A DNA stretch of 64,000 nt, from the NCBI GenBank assembly GCA_965213865.1, contig OZ243928.1, forward strand, positions 1,706,945 to 1,770,944. Direction: 5' to 3'. Below are positions 10,468-20,062 of the stretch, in pieces. The position numbers and the translations under genes are program-made. The number at the start of each line of letters is the position of its first letter. Position 1 is the stretch's first letter. The DNA comes from Arenicellales bacterium. GTDB taxonomy: Bacteria; Pseudomonadota; Gammaproteobacteria; Arenicellales; JAJDZL01. The notes under the pieces are model-generated. The model ran no database searches and was not told the origin of the DNA. It saw only the letters and a program-made list of their open reading frames with translations.

Positions 10468-11112
10468 CTATTGCGCAATGTACATATTAAAGTAGTTTCG
10501 CATGGCAGGCAGAAAAGGTTTCACACTTTCATTCGCTTCAGCAAACCGCAGCAGGTCGTAAAAGTTGGCGATCGAATGAACATCCATCTTATGCGTTCTG
10601 CGTACAGCTTCGATCGCGGATATTTGCGAATTTTGACTGCGTTCCATTCGGTCCAGGCTGATCACTGCTGCTTTGGGCTTGCCGCCGCTCGCGCGAATGA
10701 CTTGAACTGCGGTATTGATTGAAATCCCAGAGGTAATGACATCCTCGACAATAATCACTGCGCCTTGTATCGGCGCCCCCACGGTCCAGCCGTGGTCGCC
10801 ATGATCTTTGGCTTCCTTGCGGTTAAACGCGAATGCCGCACAGATATCGTGTCTTTCATACAGAGATAAAGCCGTGGCGGCCGCCAGCGGGATTCCCTTG
10901 TATGCGGGTCCATAGAGCATATATTCGCCGTCATAGCAAGTCGCAATTTCTGCGGCGTAAAACGCAGCCAGACGCGACAGGCCGAAACCGTCTGAGAATT
11001 TGCCGGTATTGAGGAAATATGGACTTATGCGGCCTGAATTCAGCGTAAATTCTCCGAACTGAAGGGCGCCGATCTCAAAAGCCAGCTCCAGAAATTTCTG
11101 CGATACTTGCAT
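10468..11112 (-). CDS. pyrE: Orotate phosphoribosyltransferase
   Basis: FGEFTLNSGRISPYF, GPAYKGIP, NRKEAKDHG, VEDVITSG. Confidence 0.93.
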   Translation of the reverse strand: MQVSQKFLELAFEIGALQFGEFTLNSGRISPYFLNTGKFSDGFGLSRLAAFYAAEIATCYDGEYMLYGPAYKGIPLAAATALSLYERHDICAAFAFNRKEAKDHGDHGWTVGAPIQGAVIIVEDVITSGISINTAVQVIRASGGKPKAAVISLDRMERSQNSQISAIEAVRRTHKMDVHSIANFYDLLRFAEANESVKPFLPAMRNYFNMYIAQ

Positions 11113-11785
11113 CGGTGTAGGGTCGCTTGCAAAACTCTAATTTTAACCGATCCAGATGCAGGCCGGCGGCGTTGTGCCAGCGCGTATTGCAGTCCCTGAG
11201 CGCTTTTGCAGACGCAATTTGCCTGCCGTTCTGTTTTTGATTGCTGCGGATCTGTGCCGATAAAAAACTTGTCTGCAGCGTGTTTCAAGTTATGCCCGCT
11301 TGTCGCGCATTGGCGAAAAAATCGTTGTCAAGCACACAGTTGATGCGTTCTTCGCATGGTGCCAATTGGCAAAGCAGCTCAGACAGGCCAAAGAGATTGC
11401 AAAGTCACGTATTCGTATGTTGCGTTTGCACTGCCTCTATGATCGGCTCACTGTCAAGCGACCCTGATTATGGCGTACACGATCGCTTCCGAATATTAAA
11501 ACGCACACCGCCGCCATGCCGAGACAGACGGACTGAACGCAGTCGCTTGGGAAAAACAGTGCCGCTTTGCTGCGGTCTGTTCTGGAAAAATGCAGAATTG
11601 ATCATTCAGATGATGATGGCAATGTTCCAGTGCGCCTTTCGGATTCATTTCTTATGGAACGGCAATTGTTGCCGATCAGCCTGGATAAATTGTTTAGAAT
11701 GTATGGCATAGCGGCAAACGGCGTATCGGGCAAGTTGCGCTGCCCGGAAGTAAAAGAAAGTGCTAAAAGACGAAGGAGACAGCCA

Positions 11786-12172
11786 GTGGCATCCAGTTTA
11801 GCGGTGCAAGCCTATGACACGCTTTCAATTGCGCGGAATCTAGAGCAGGATTATGCGCTCGAAAAGCAGCAGGCGGAGGGAATCGCCCGGACCATTCACG
11901 AGCATTTGGCAAGCAACGTTGCGACCAAAGAGGACTTGAAAAATTTTGGCGCTGAGCTGCGCAGTGAAATACGAGCTGAGAGCGCCAAGCTGCGCGGTGA
12001 ATTTCAAGCTGAGATCAACGAGGTTCGCGCTGAGATGGCAGAGATGCGAGTTGAGATGGCAAATATAAACAACCGAATCGACAATCTCGCAAAAACACTG
12101 ACGATTCGTACCGGAGCGATGATCGTCGCAGCGGTCGGAGCCATGTCGGCGCTGCAGGCGCTGATTGGTTAA
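11786..12172 (+). CDS. DUF1640/CCDC90-like membrane-anchored coiled-coil protein (paralogue 1, 128 aa)
   Basis: YDTLSIARNLE...QAEGIA...VATKEDL head and neck, coiled coil, C-terminal TM helix. AAGGAG RBS precedes the GTG at 11786. Confidence 0.75.
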   Translation: MASSLAVQAYDTLSIARNLEQDYALEKQQAEGIARTIHEHLASNVATKEDLKNFGAELRSEIRAESAKLRGEFQAEINEVRAEMAEMRVEMANINNRIDNLAKTLTIRTGAMIVAAVGAMSALQALIG

Positions 12173-12607
12173 ATTCGGCTTCGCTTGATTGACTGTTGCC
12201 AGCGGCAGAAGTGCGGCGAATCGGCGTTTGCTCCAGTTTCCTGTGTTCGGACAGGTTTCGTTTCCCGTTGTGCGGCGCCGATTCCATGCAGTATCGTGTA
12301 AATACGATCTGTTTTCGTTGGTTTTCTGCAACACGATAAAGATCGCTCTGTTGATAGACAATCTGAAAGATAGGCCGTGAGATGACAGCCTTTCGCTCGC
12401 ATGAGTGCTGTACTCGCAACTGACTGCCGGCTCGGACGGAGATATGCGGTTTCTTGCAGACATGCATTGATCGCAGCCTCCATTGTGAGAGCCAGCGGGC
12501 ATGCATTCGATCGGTGCAATGAATGGCTCAGACAGTTCTCGCTTGAGCGGCATAATGCCGTCACTGACCGCAGCTTCAACTGTGTTTGGCGCAGTGGCTG
12601 ATGATCG

Positions 12608-13201
12608 ATGCTTCTGATTATTGACAATTACGATTCATTCACCTTCAACCTGGTTCAGTACCTAGGTGAGTTGGGTCAGGATTGTCATGTTGTACGCAAT
12701 GATGAGATCAGCGTTGACCAGATCAAGCAAGAGAATCCTCAAGGCATTGTGATATCCCCGGGCCCATGTACGCCGAATGAAGCCGGAATCTCTGTCGCTG
12801 TGGTCGAGCAGCTCAGTGCCGACTATCCCATATTGGGTGTTTGCCTTGGACACCAAAGCATATGCCAGGCGTTCGGAGCGAGTATTGTTCGCGCCGATTT
12901 TGTCATGCACGGAAAAGTGTCTCAAATCTATCATCATAACGGCAGTCTGTTCGCCGCGATAGAAAATCCGTTTGCTGCGACACGCTACCACTCGCTGGTG
13001 GCTCAGGCAGACAGCTTGCCGCCTTGCCTGGAAATGACAGCCTGGACAGCCGACCAAATCATTATGGGGGTGAGGCATCGCGAGCGTCAGGTATTTGGCG
13101 TACAATTTCATCCAGAGTCATTTTTAACCCGATGCGGTCGCCAGCTGCTGGCCAATTTTCTGGATGTCGGTGGCATTTCAGCTCCGCGTCTGTCGCAATA
13201 A
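12608..13201 (+). CDS. trpG: Anthranilate synthase component II (glutamine amidotransferase)
   Basis: IIDNYDSFTFN, SPGPCTP, GVCLGHQ, RYHSL, QFHPES; directly upstream of trpD and trpC. Confidence 0.9.
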   Translation: MLLIIDNYDSFTFNLVQYLGELGQDCHVVRNDEISVDQIKQENPQGIVISPGPCTPNEAGISVAVVEQLSADYPILGVCLGHQSICQAFGASIVRADFVMHGKVSQIYHHNGSLFAAIENPFAATRYHSLVAQADSLPPCLEMTAWTADQIIMGVRHRERQVFGVQFHPESFLTRCGRQLLANFLDVGGISAPRLSQ

Positions 13202-13222
13202 GCGCAATAAGCAGCCTACTCA

Positions 13223-14260
13223 GTGATGGATATTCAAGCCGCTCTGAAGCAGCTCACCGCAGGTGCGAGCCTTAGCGGCGAGCAGATGCATGCGGTCATG
13301 AGGCAAATCATGACCGGCCAGTTGACCGAAGCCCAAATCGGCGGTTTTTTGATCGCCCTGCAAATGAAGGGCGAATCAGTTGAGGAGATTACGGCGGCGG
13401 CGACGGTGATGCGTGAACTGGTGACCCGCGTCGATGTGTCAATGCCGCACTTGATCGATGTGGTCGGTACCGGCGGTGACGGCCGTTCGTCATTCAATGT
13501 TTCGACCGCCTCCGCTTTCGTGGCTGTGGCCGCCGGAGCCAGTGTTGCAAAGCACGGCAACCGCGCTGCATCCAGCAATAGCGGCAGCGCGGATCTGCTT
13601 GAAATCTCAGGCGCCAGAATTGATCTTGATGCGCATCAGGTCGCCCGCTGTGTGCACCAGACTGGCTTCGGCTTCATGCTGGCGCCCGCTCATCACACCG
13701 CTATGAAGCATGCGATTGGGGCTCGCCGGGAGCTGGGTGTGCGGACTATTTTTAACGTTTTGGGCCCGCTGACCAATCCAGCGCATGTCACACGCGAAAT
13801 GATGGGTGTGTTCAGTCCTGAGCTGGTCGAGCCGCTGGCCAGGGTGCTGGCCAAGCTTGGGTCGGAGCATGTTCTGGTGGTGCACTCGGATGACGGCCTG
13901 GACGAAATCAGCATCAGCGCGCCGACTCGCATAGCGGAGCTTCGGGACGGCGAGGTGCATGCCTACAAGATTCAGCCCAGTGATTTCGATATGCAGCCTG
14001 GCGCGATAGATGCGATCGTGGTTTCGAGTCCGGGCGAGAGCCTGGCAATGATCAAGGCCGTGCTTGGCGGCACGGCGTCGCCGGCAGCCAATATTACAGC
14101 TCTCAATGCCGGCGCTGCCATATACGTGGCTGGCCTTGCCAGCACATTGCGCGCTGGCGTCGCCAAAGCCAGGGAAATTATCACCAGCGGCGCTGCATTG
14201 CAGCGCTTTGAGGACTACATTCAGTTCACCCGGCATCTCAAAGATGGCGAAGACGCCTGA
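13223..14260 (+). CDS. trpD: Anthranilate phosphoribosyltransferase
   Basis: DVVGTGGDG, KHGNRAASS, RTIFNVLGPLTNP, DGLDEIS. Confidence 0.94.
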   Translation: MMDIQAALKQLTAGASLSGEQMHAVMRQIMTGQLTEAQIGGFLIALQMKGESVEEITAAATVMRELVTRVDVSMPHLIDVVGTGGDGRSSFNVSTASAFVAVAAGASVAKHGNRAASSNSGSADLLEISGARIDLDAHQVARCVHQTGFGFMLAPAHHTAMKHAIGARRELGVRTIFNVLGPLTNPAHVTREMMGVFSPELVEPLARVLAKLGSEHVLVVHSDDGLDEISISAPTRIAELRDGEVHAYKIQPSDFDMQPGAIDAIVVSSPGESLAMIKAVLGGTASPAANITALNAGAAIYVAGLASTLRAGVAKAREIITSGAALQRFEDYIQFTRHLKDGEDA

Positions 14261-15071
14261 CATCCTGCGCGCCATCGTCGCCGACAAGCGGCATCAGGTC
14301 AATGAGCTGAAGAAAACGATGCAGATCTCGCAGCTGCGCAGCCAGGCGCTGGATCAGCCGCCCGCACGAGGTTTTGAAAAAAGAATCCGCACCCAAGTAG
14401 AGGCTCGCCGGCTCGCCGTAATCGCTGAGTGCAAAAAAGCCTCGCCAAGCAAAGGCATCATCCGTCCGGACTATTGCGTCGATGAAATTGCAGCGAGTTA
14501 TGCCGCCGGCGGTGCGACTTGCCTGTCAGTGCTGACCGATACAAAGTATTTCTCTGGCTCTTCAGCACACCTGCTCACTGCCCGGGCAATCTGCGACCTC
14601 CCGATTTTGCGCAAGGATTTTATAATTGATCCCTGCCAAGTTTACGAATCCAGAGTTTGCGGCGCTGATTGCATTCTGCTGATTGCCGCAGTGCTTGATG
14701 AGACGCAACTGCTCGAATTGGGTCAGCTGGCCGGCGAGCTTGGAATGGATGTCCTGATTGAGGTTCATTCCAATGCTGAGCTTCAGACAGCTTTGCGCCT
14801 GCCGTACGGGCTGGTTGGCATCAACAACCGCAATCTGCATACATTTGAGACTGATTGCCAGACCTCAGTGAGATTGAGACCTCAAGTTCCATCCGATCGA
14901 ATTGTTGTGACCGAAAGCGGCATCCATACTCAAGACGATGTTGCGCTGATGGCCGGCAACGGCATCTATGCGTTTTTGGTCGGCGAGTCGCTGATGAGGG
15001 CGCGCGATCCCGGTCTTCAGCTGAAATCGCTGTTTTCCTTCGATCGGCAGCAGCTGCGCGAGGCGGATTAG
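14244..15071 (+). CDS. trpC: Indole-3-glycerol phosphate synthase
   Basis: IAECKKASPSKG, LSVLTD, LRKDF, GINNRNL, ESGI. ATG at 14244 overlaps the trpD end. Confidence 0.94.
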   Translation: MAKTPDILRAIVADKRHQVNELKKTMQISQLRSQALDQPPARGFEKRIRTQVEARRLAVIAECKKASPSKGIIRPDYCVDEIAASYAAGGATCLSVLTDTKYFSGSSAHLLTARAICDLPILRKDFIIDPCQVYESRVCGADCILLIAAVLDETQLLELGQLAGELGMDVLIEVHSNAELQTALRLPYGLVGINNRNLHTFETDCQTSVRLRPQVPSDRIVVTESGIHTQDDVALMAGNGIYAFLVGESLMRARDPGLQLKSLFSFDRQQLREAD

Positions 15072-15073
15072 TT

Positions 15074-15496
15074 TTGGAGGGCACAGTCGAGTGGCTGCAA
15101 GGCGTTAATTTTCGAGTCACCTCAGGCTCGGGGCACGTTTCTCATACCGACGGGCCGGCGGAAAGCGGCGGCGTGAATGCCGGCATGCGGCCGATGGAAA
15201 TGGTGCTTTTGGGCATGGGCGGGTGCACCGCGTACGATGTTGTGGAAATGTTGCGCAAATCAAGATGCGATGTCAGCGCATTGAAGATTGAGATGCACGC
15301 GCAGCGAGCGGATGAAATCCCGCAGGTGTTTACCGCAATTCATCTGCACTATCAGGTTGCCGGCGATGGCATCACAGCCCAAAAAGTGCAGCGTGCAATT
15401 GATTTGTCGATCCAGAAATACTGCTCCGCCACGCGCATGCTGGCGGCAACCGCCAGCGTGACCTGTGATTTTGAGATAATGGAAACTGCGTCCTGA
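15074..15496 (+). CDS. OsmC/YhfA family protein
   Basis: RPMEMVLLGMGGCTAYDV and KYCSAT. TTG start at 15074 assumed. Confidence 0.82.
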   Translation: MEGTVEWLQGVNFRVTSGSGHVSHTDGPAESGGVNAGMRPMEMVLLGMGGCTAYDVVEMLRKSRCDVSALKIEMHAQRADEIPQVFTAIHLHYQVAGDGITAQKVQRAIDLSIQKYCSATRMLAATASVTCDFEIMETAS

Positions 15497-15536
15497 GACA
15501 ATCGGTTCGCGCATTTCACGCAAAGACTCAAGGCTC

Positions 15537-16610
15537 ATGCAAAACATCGTCGATTGGTTCAAGCGCCAGTTCAATAATCCGCAGATCATCATTCTGTCGG
15601 TATTTTTGATCGGCGGATTCGCGCTGATTATTTTTGCCGGCGCGATCATGGCGCCGGTGATTACTGCACTGGTGATCGCCTACATCCTCGAGGGCGGGGT
15701 CAAGCGCTTTGAAAAAATCGGTATCCCGCGACTGGGCGGGGTCTTGATTATCTTGCTGCTGTTTCTGCTGCTGCTGCTGTCCGCCCTGTTCGGCGTCCTT
15801 CCGCTGGTTACGCGCCAGGCTGTGCAGATTGCATCACAGATTCCATACTGGCTGACAGACGCGCAGTCCGCGCTGCTGTCACTGCCAGCGAGATACCCGG
15901 AGCTCTTGTCGGAACAGCAGATTCAGGATGTGCTGCGAACGATCACCGGCTTCATTGCCGAGTTCGGGCAGCAGACCTTCATCAACTGGTCTTCTTCGTC
16001 TGTGGTTGGCATTATCAACGTAGTCATTTATATGATCATCGTTCCGATTCTGGTGTTCTTTTTCTTAAAGGACAAGCAGAAAGTGCTCGCCTGGTGCCAG
16101 ACCTTTTTCCCGCGCCAGGATCATGGGCTCACAATGCAGGTGTGGCAGGACCTTGACCGGCAGATGTCAAATTACATTCGCGGGAAGTTCTGGGAAATCC
16201 TCATCGTCGGCTCGGTAACTTTTGTTGTGTTTTCGATCTTCGGTCTGCAATACTCGGCTCTTCTCAGTCTGGTGGTCGGCTTGTCGGTGCTGATTCCCTA
16301 TGTCGGCGCCGCGCTGGTGACCATTCCAGTTGTGATTGTCGCTGCGGTTCAATGGGGGCTGTCACCAGAGTTTTTTTACTTGATCGCAGCTTACCTGATC
16401 ATTCAGCTTTTGGATGGCAACGTTCTGGTACCGCTGATTTTCTCAGAAGTTGTTAACCTGCATCCGATTGCGATTGTTGTTGCGGTGCTTTTCTTCGGCG
16501 GACTGTGGGGTGTATGGGGCATCTTTTTCGCGATTCCGCTTGCCACCTTGGTGCAAGCCATTCATCTTGCCTGGCCGCGCAGGAATCATGATGAGTCAGC
16601 GCCGCTTTGA
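15537..16610 (+). CDS. AI-2E family transporter (PerM-like)
   Basis: Multi-TM protein with YIRGK, IPYVGA, QLLDGNVLVP and LHP motifs. Confidence 0.85.
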   Translation: MQNIVDWFKRQFNNPQIIILSVFLIGGFALIIFAGAIMAPVITALVIAYILEGGVKRFEKIGIPRLGGVLIILLLFLLLLLSALFGVLPLVTRQAVQIASQIPYWLTDAQSALLSLPARYPELLSEQQIQDVLRTITGFIAEFGQQTFINWSSSSVVGIINVVIYMIIVPILVFFFLKDKQKVLAWCQTFFPRQDHGLTMQVWQDLDRQMSNYIRGKFWEILIVGSVTFVVFSIFGLQYSALLSLVVGLSVLIPYVGAALVTIPVVIVAAVQWGLSPEFFYLIAAYLIIQLLDGNVLVPLIFSEVVNLHPIAIVVAVLFFGGLWGVWGIFFAIPLATLVQAIHLAWPRRNHDESAPL

Positions 16611-17697
16611 GCTGCAGGCGAAGCCGCTGCACAAGGGCCGAGCGGTCCAATCCAATCGCAGCGGCCGGTTCGAAAGCTGGTCTAGAGAATACTGCGCGCC
16701 TGATGACTGGGATCAGGCCGCAGCGTCGAAAGCTAAAGTCACAGTGGCAGTCGATGCGGCCAAGTCGGCAATTGCCCGCAATCAGTCGCCTGATTTGCCT
16801 TTTGAGCAGGCGGTCAACATGTATCGCGGGTGCGAGCATGGCTGTCCCTACTGTTATGCACGTCCCAGCCACACCTACCTTGGTTACTCTGCTGGACTGG
16901 ACTTTGAAACCCGTTTGCTAGCCAAAACTGAGATTGCGCAGCGCTTGCGCGAAGAGATTTCAAAACCCTCATACGTGTGCAAGCCCATAACGCTGGGCTC
17001 CAACACCGATCCTTATCAGCCGATTGAGCGCCAATACAAACTTACGCGTCGCGTGCTTGAGGTATTGCTGGAACATCGCCACCCGCTGCAGATTACCACG
17101 AAATCTGCCTCTATTGTGCGTGATCTTGATCTGCTCGCTGAGCTGGCGGCGCTTGAGCTGCTTGAAGTCAATATCACACTCACCACTTTGGATGGCGATC
17201 TGTCCAGAGCGATGGAACCGTATGCAAGCAGCCCGCAAAAGCGACTCAAGGCAATTGCGGAATTGGCACAGGCCGGCATTCCGGTTACAATATTCATTGC
17301 GCCAGTGATTCCCGGCCTGAACGATTATGAGATTGAGACAATCTTGCAGAACTGTGCGGCTGCCGGGGCGGTCAGAGCCCGGTGGACAATGATTCGCTTG
17401 CCGCAGGAAGTCAGGCAATTGTTTCACGAATGGGTGAATGAGCGTTTTCCCGATCAGGCATCGAAAATTTTCAGCCTGATTCGGCAGGTGCGAGCCGCCG
17501 CTGGCAACGACTCGGAGTTTTTCAGTCGCATGCGCGGCAGCGGCCCGGTCGCGGATATGATTGACAGAAGGTTTGAGATGGCAGTGCGAAGGTTTGGACT
17601 CGGCCAGCCGCCGCTGCAGCTGGATCGCAGCCAGTTTCGCCATGCGCCCGCAGCGCCGCTGCAGGCTGAGATTTTTTCGCAGACCGGCGCCACATAA
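16588..17697 (+). CDS. PA0069/Rv2578c-family radical SAM protein
   Basis: NMYRGCEHGCPYCYAR (CxxxCxxC), NTDPYQPIE, ITTKS. Confidence 0.87.
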   Translation: MMSQRRFELQAKPLHKGRAVQSNRSGRFESWSREYCAPDDWDQAAASKAKVTVAVDAAKSAIARNQSPDLPFEQAVNMYRGCEHGCPYCYARPSHTYLGYSAGLDFETRLLAKTEIAQRLREEISKPSYVCKPITLGSNTDPYQPIERQYKLTRRVLEVLLEHRHPLQITTKSASIVRDLDLLAELAALELLEVNITLTTLDGDLSRAMEPYASSPQKRLKAIAELAQAGIPVTIFIAPVIPGLNDYEIETILQNCAAAGAVRARWTMIRLPQEVRQLFHEWVNERFPDQASKIFSLIRQVRAAAGNDSEFFSRMRGSGPVADMIDRRFEMAVRRFGLGQPPLQLDRSQFRHAPAAPLQAEIFSQTGAT

Positions 17698-17739
17698 ATA
17701 AAAACCAAAATGAGCGTCCTAGGGTAAAGGGAGGTTCGT

Positions 17740-19026
17740 ATGAGTATCGAACGACAGGGAACACCTTTAGCACTGAGTGAGACCAAACGGAGCCGGTCTG
17801 CTGAAAATTCAGCGCCGCCGTCGGCAGTCGACCGCTACCTTGTTCGCAAGCTGCTGAAACTCTCTGGCTGCCCGCGTATTGAGATCGAGCTTTGGGATCA
17901 GTCAAAGCATGCGGTCGGCGACCAGCCGCCGCTGGCCACGCTGCGCATAAGGTCCCGCAGCGCATTTCACAGCTTGATTCTTCAGAATGAAATCGGTTTT
18001 GGCGATGGCTACACCGAAGGCGAGATTGAGGTTGCCGGCAGCCTGCTTGATTTTCTCTGCGAAGTCTTCGCTTCACGCAGTCGTGCTTCTCAAGATGCCA
18101 GTGCGCTGCGCGGCATCTTGAGCGCCGTCAGCAAAAAACGCGTCCGGCAGAATACGCTGGATGGCTCGCAGTCGAACATTCATCATCACTATGACCTGGG
18201 CAATGATTTTTATTCGCTGTGGCTGGATCGTGACTACATGCAATACACCTGCGCTTATTTTGCCCATCCGCAGATGTCCATTGAGGAAGCCCAAGTCGCC
18301 AAGATGGAACATGTCTGCCGCAAACTCAGGCTCAAGCCTGGTCAAACCGTGGTCGAGGCGGGCTGCGGCTGGGGCGGACTGGCACGCTACATGGCGCGCA
18401 CCCATGGGGTGACGGTGAAGTCCTATAATATTTCTCATCAGCAGATTATCCACGGAACCGAGCTGGCAGCGCGCCAAGGACTGTCGGACCAGGTCGAGTA
18501 TATTGAGGATGATTACCGCAACATCAAAGGTGATTTTGATGTGTTTGTATCGGTCGGAATGCTGGAGCACGTGGGCGCCAAGCATTATCCTGAGCTGGGC
18601 AGTGTAGTAGACCGCTGCCTCAAAGACAATGGACTGGCGCTGATTCACAGCATTGGACGCAACAGCCCTGATCTGATGAGCGCTTGGATCGAAAAACGTA
18701 TTTTTCCAGGCGCCTATCCGCCCACCATTCGAGAAATGATGGATATTGTTGAGCCATACAAGTTTTCAGTGCTTGACATTGAGAATTTAAGACTCCACTA
18801 CGCGGAGACGCTGCGTCACTGGCTGGATCGGTTCGATCAGAATGAGACCGCTGTAGCTCAAATGTTCGACGAGCGGTTTGTGCGCGCGTGGCGTTTGTAC
18901 CTCACTGGATCCATGGCCTCTTTTTTAACCAGCTCGCTGCAGCTGTTCCAGATGCTGTTTGCTCGCGGCACCAGCAATGAGGTGCCCATGACCCGGTCTC
19001 ATCTGTATTTGAATGAGGAGCATTAG
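17740..19026 (+). CDS. cfa: Cyclopropane-fatty-acyl-phospholipid synthase family methyltransferase
   Basis: NIHHHYDLGNDFY, MQYTCAYF, EAGCGWGG, SVGMLEHVG, IFPG, HYAETL. Confidence 0.82.
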   Translation: MSIERQGTPLALSETKRSRSAENSAPPSAVDRYLVRKLLKLSGCPRIEIELWDQSKHAVGDQPPLATLRIRSRSAFHSLILQNEIGFGDGYTEGEIEVAGSLLDFLCEVFASRSRASQDASALRGILSAVSKKRVRQNTLDGSQSNIHHHYDLGNDFYSLWLDRDYMQYTCAYFAHPQMSIEEAQVAKMEHVCRKLRLKPGQTVVEAGCGWGGLARYMARTHGVTVKSYNISHQQIIHGTELAARQGLSDQVEYIEDDYRNIKGDFDVFVSVGMLEHVGAKHYPELGSVVDRCLKDNGLALIHSIGRNSPDLMSAWIEKRIFPGAYPPTIREMMDIVEPYKFSVLDIENLRLHYAETLRHWLDRFDQNETAVAQMFDERFVRAWRLYLTGSMASFLTSSLQLFQMLFARGTSNEVPMTRSHLYLNEEH

Positions 19027-19403
19027 TGCGAGTCGCAGAACGTACCGGCGATGCGCCGCTTGATCGGCTGACCGATGATATTCGACAGTTCGTCGCTGAG
19101 CGCGATTGGGAGCAGTTTCACTCGCCCAAGAATCTGGCCATGGCGCTGAGCGTTGAGGCCGCCGAACTGGTTGAGATTTTCCAGTGGATGTCGCAGGAAC
19201 AGAGTGACAATTTAAGCGCTGCAGACTTGGTGCATGCCCGCCATGAAATTGCAGACATACTGGTTTATCTGCTGCGCATTGCCGATCGTCTTGACATCAA
19301 TGTGGTTGCAGCGGCCCATGATAAAATCCTTGCAAACCAGAAGAAATATCCAGCAGATCTGGTGCGCGGCAAGGCAAACAAATATACTGACTACAAGTCT
19401 TGA
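19026..19403 (+). CDS. MazG-like nucleotide pyrophosphohydrolase (dCTPase-like)
   Basis: RDWEQFHSPKNLAMALSVEAAELVE and EIADIL. Confidence 0.85.
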   Translation: MRVAERTGDAPLDRLTDDIRQFVAERDWEQFHSPKNLAMALSVEAAELVEIFQWMSQEQSDNLSAADLVHARHEIADILVYLLRIADRLDINVVAAAHDKILANQKKYPADLVRGKANKYTDYKS

Positions 19404-19714
19404 TTCGCGTCTATATTGCTCAGGATCTGGCTGATGCCCATCTGCTTTGCCACCGCATCCGTGACAGCGGCATTGCAGCGCACATCTTTAACGAGCATGC
19501 GGATGGCGCAGTGGGAGAATTGCCCTTTACCCATACCTATCCCGAGATCTGGGTTGAAAATGAGCGTGACTGCAGAAATGCTCAAAAAATCATTGCGATT
19601 TGTCAGGCGCAGCCGGCGGCTGATCAGGAATGGCGCTGTGCGGTGTGTTCAGAACTCAATCCGGCTAACTTTGAAATCTGCTGGAACTGTTCGGCGACAT
19701 CTTCTAGCGAGTAG
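19400..19714 (+). CDS. DUF2007 domain protein with C-terminal RanBP2-type zinc finger
   Basis: GELPFTHTYPEIWV plus WRCAVCSELN...FEICWNC. Confidence 0.78.
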   Translation: MIRVYIAQDLADAHLLCHRIRDSGIAAHIFNEHADGAVGELPFTHTYPEIWVENERDCRNAQKIIAICQAQPAADQEWRCAVCSELNPANFEICWNCSATSSSE

Positions 19715-20062
19715 CGGACACCCAATAGTTTGGAGATTACATGCCCTATTCACGCTGCGAAAATTTAGACGCAATCCATGATCAGCATGATTTGCATGAA
19801 GAGTTGAGGCTTTTCCATTGACTTGAGCCCTTCGTGTGTCTGAACCAGCGAGGGGTGAAAATTTTCTTTACCCCGCAGTGCCTGCGCTCAATCATCAGGA
19901 CGCTGGCGACGTGACAAAAAAAATGCTCCAACGAAAAACCCTCTGTTCAGTCTGCAATCAAATTTATAATGCAGAGCAAGGACAATATGCAGTGTGCCGG
20001 CGGCCGGCGGCGCTGCGCGGGCGCGAAGCAAGGCGTGAGGCAAAAAACGAAGAGCATTTCCA

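Noticed and set aside
12173-15071. trpE absent upstream of trpGDC
   Set aside because: A split trp arrangement is common in proteobacteria.
1115-16587. Long N-terminal extensions in the ORF track for mpl, fumarate hydratase, the 11567 ORF, trpC, OsmC and the radical SAM protein
   Set aside because: The extensions overlap neighbouring genes or lack similarity; downstream starts fit the family N-termini and RBS or stop-start overlaps.
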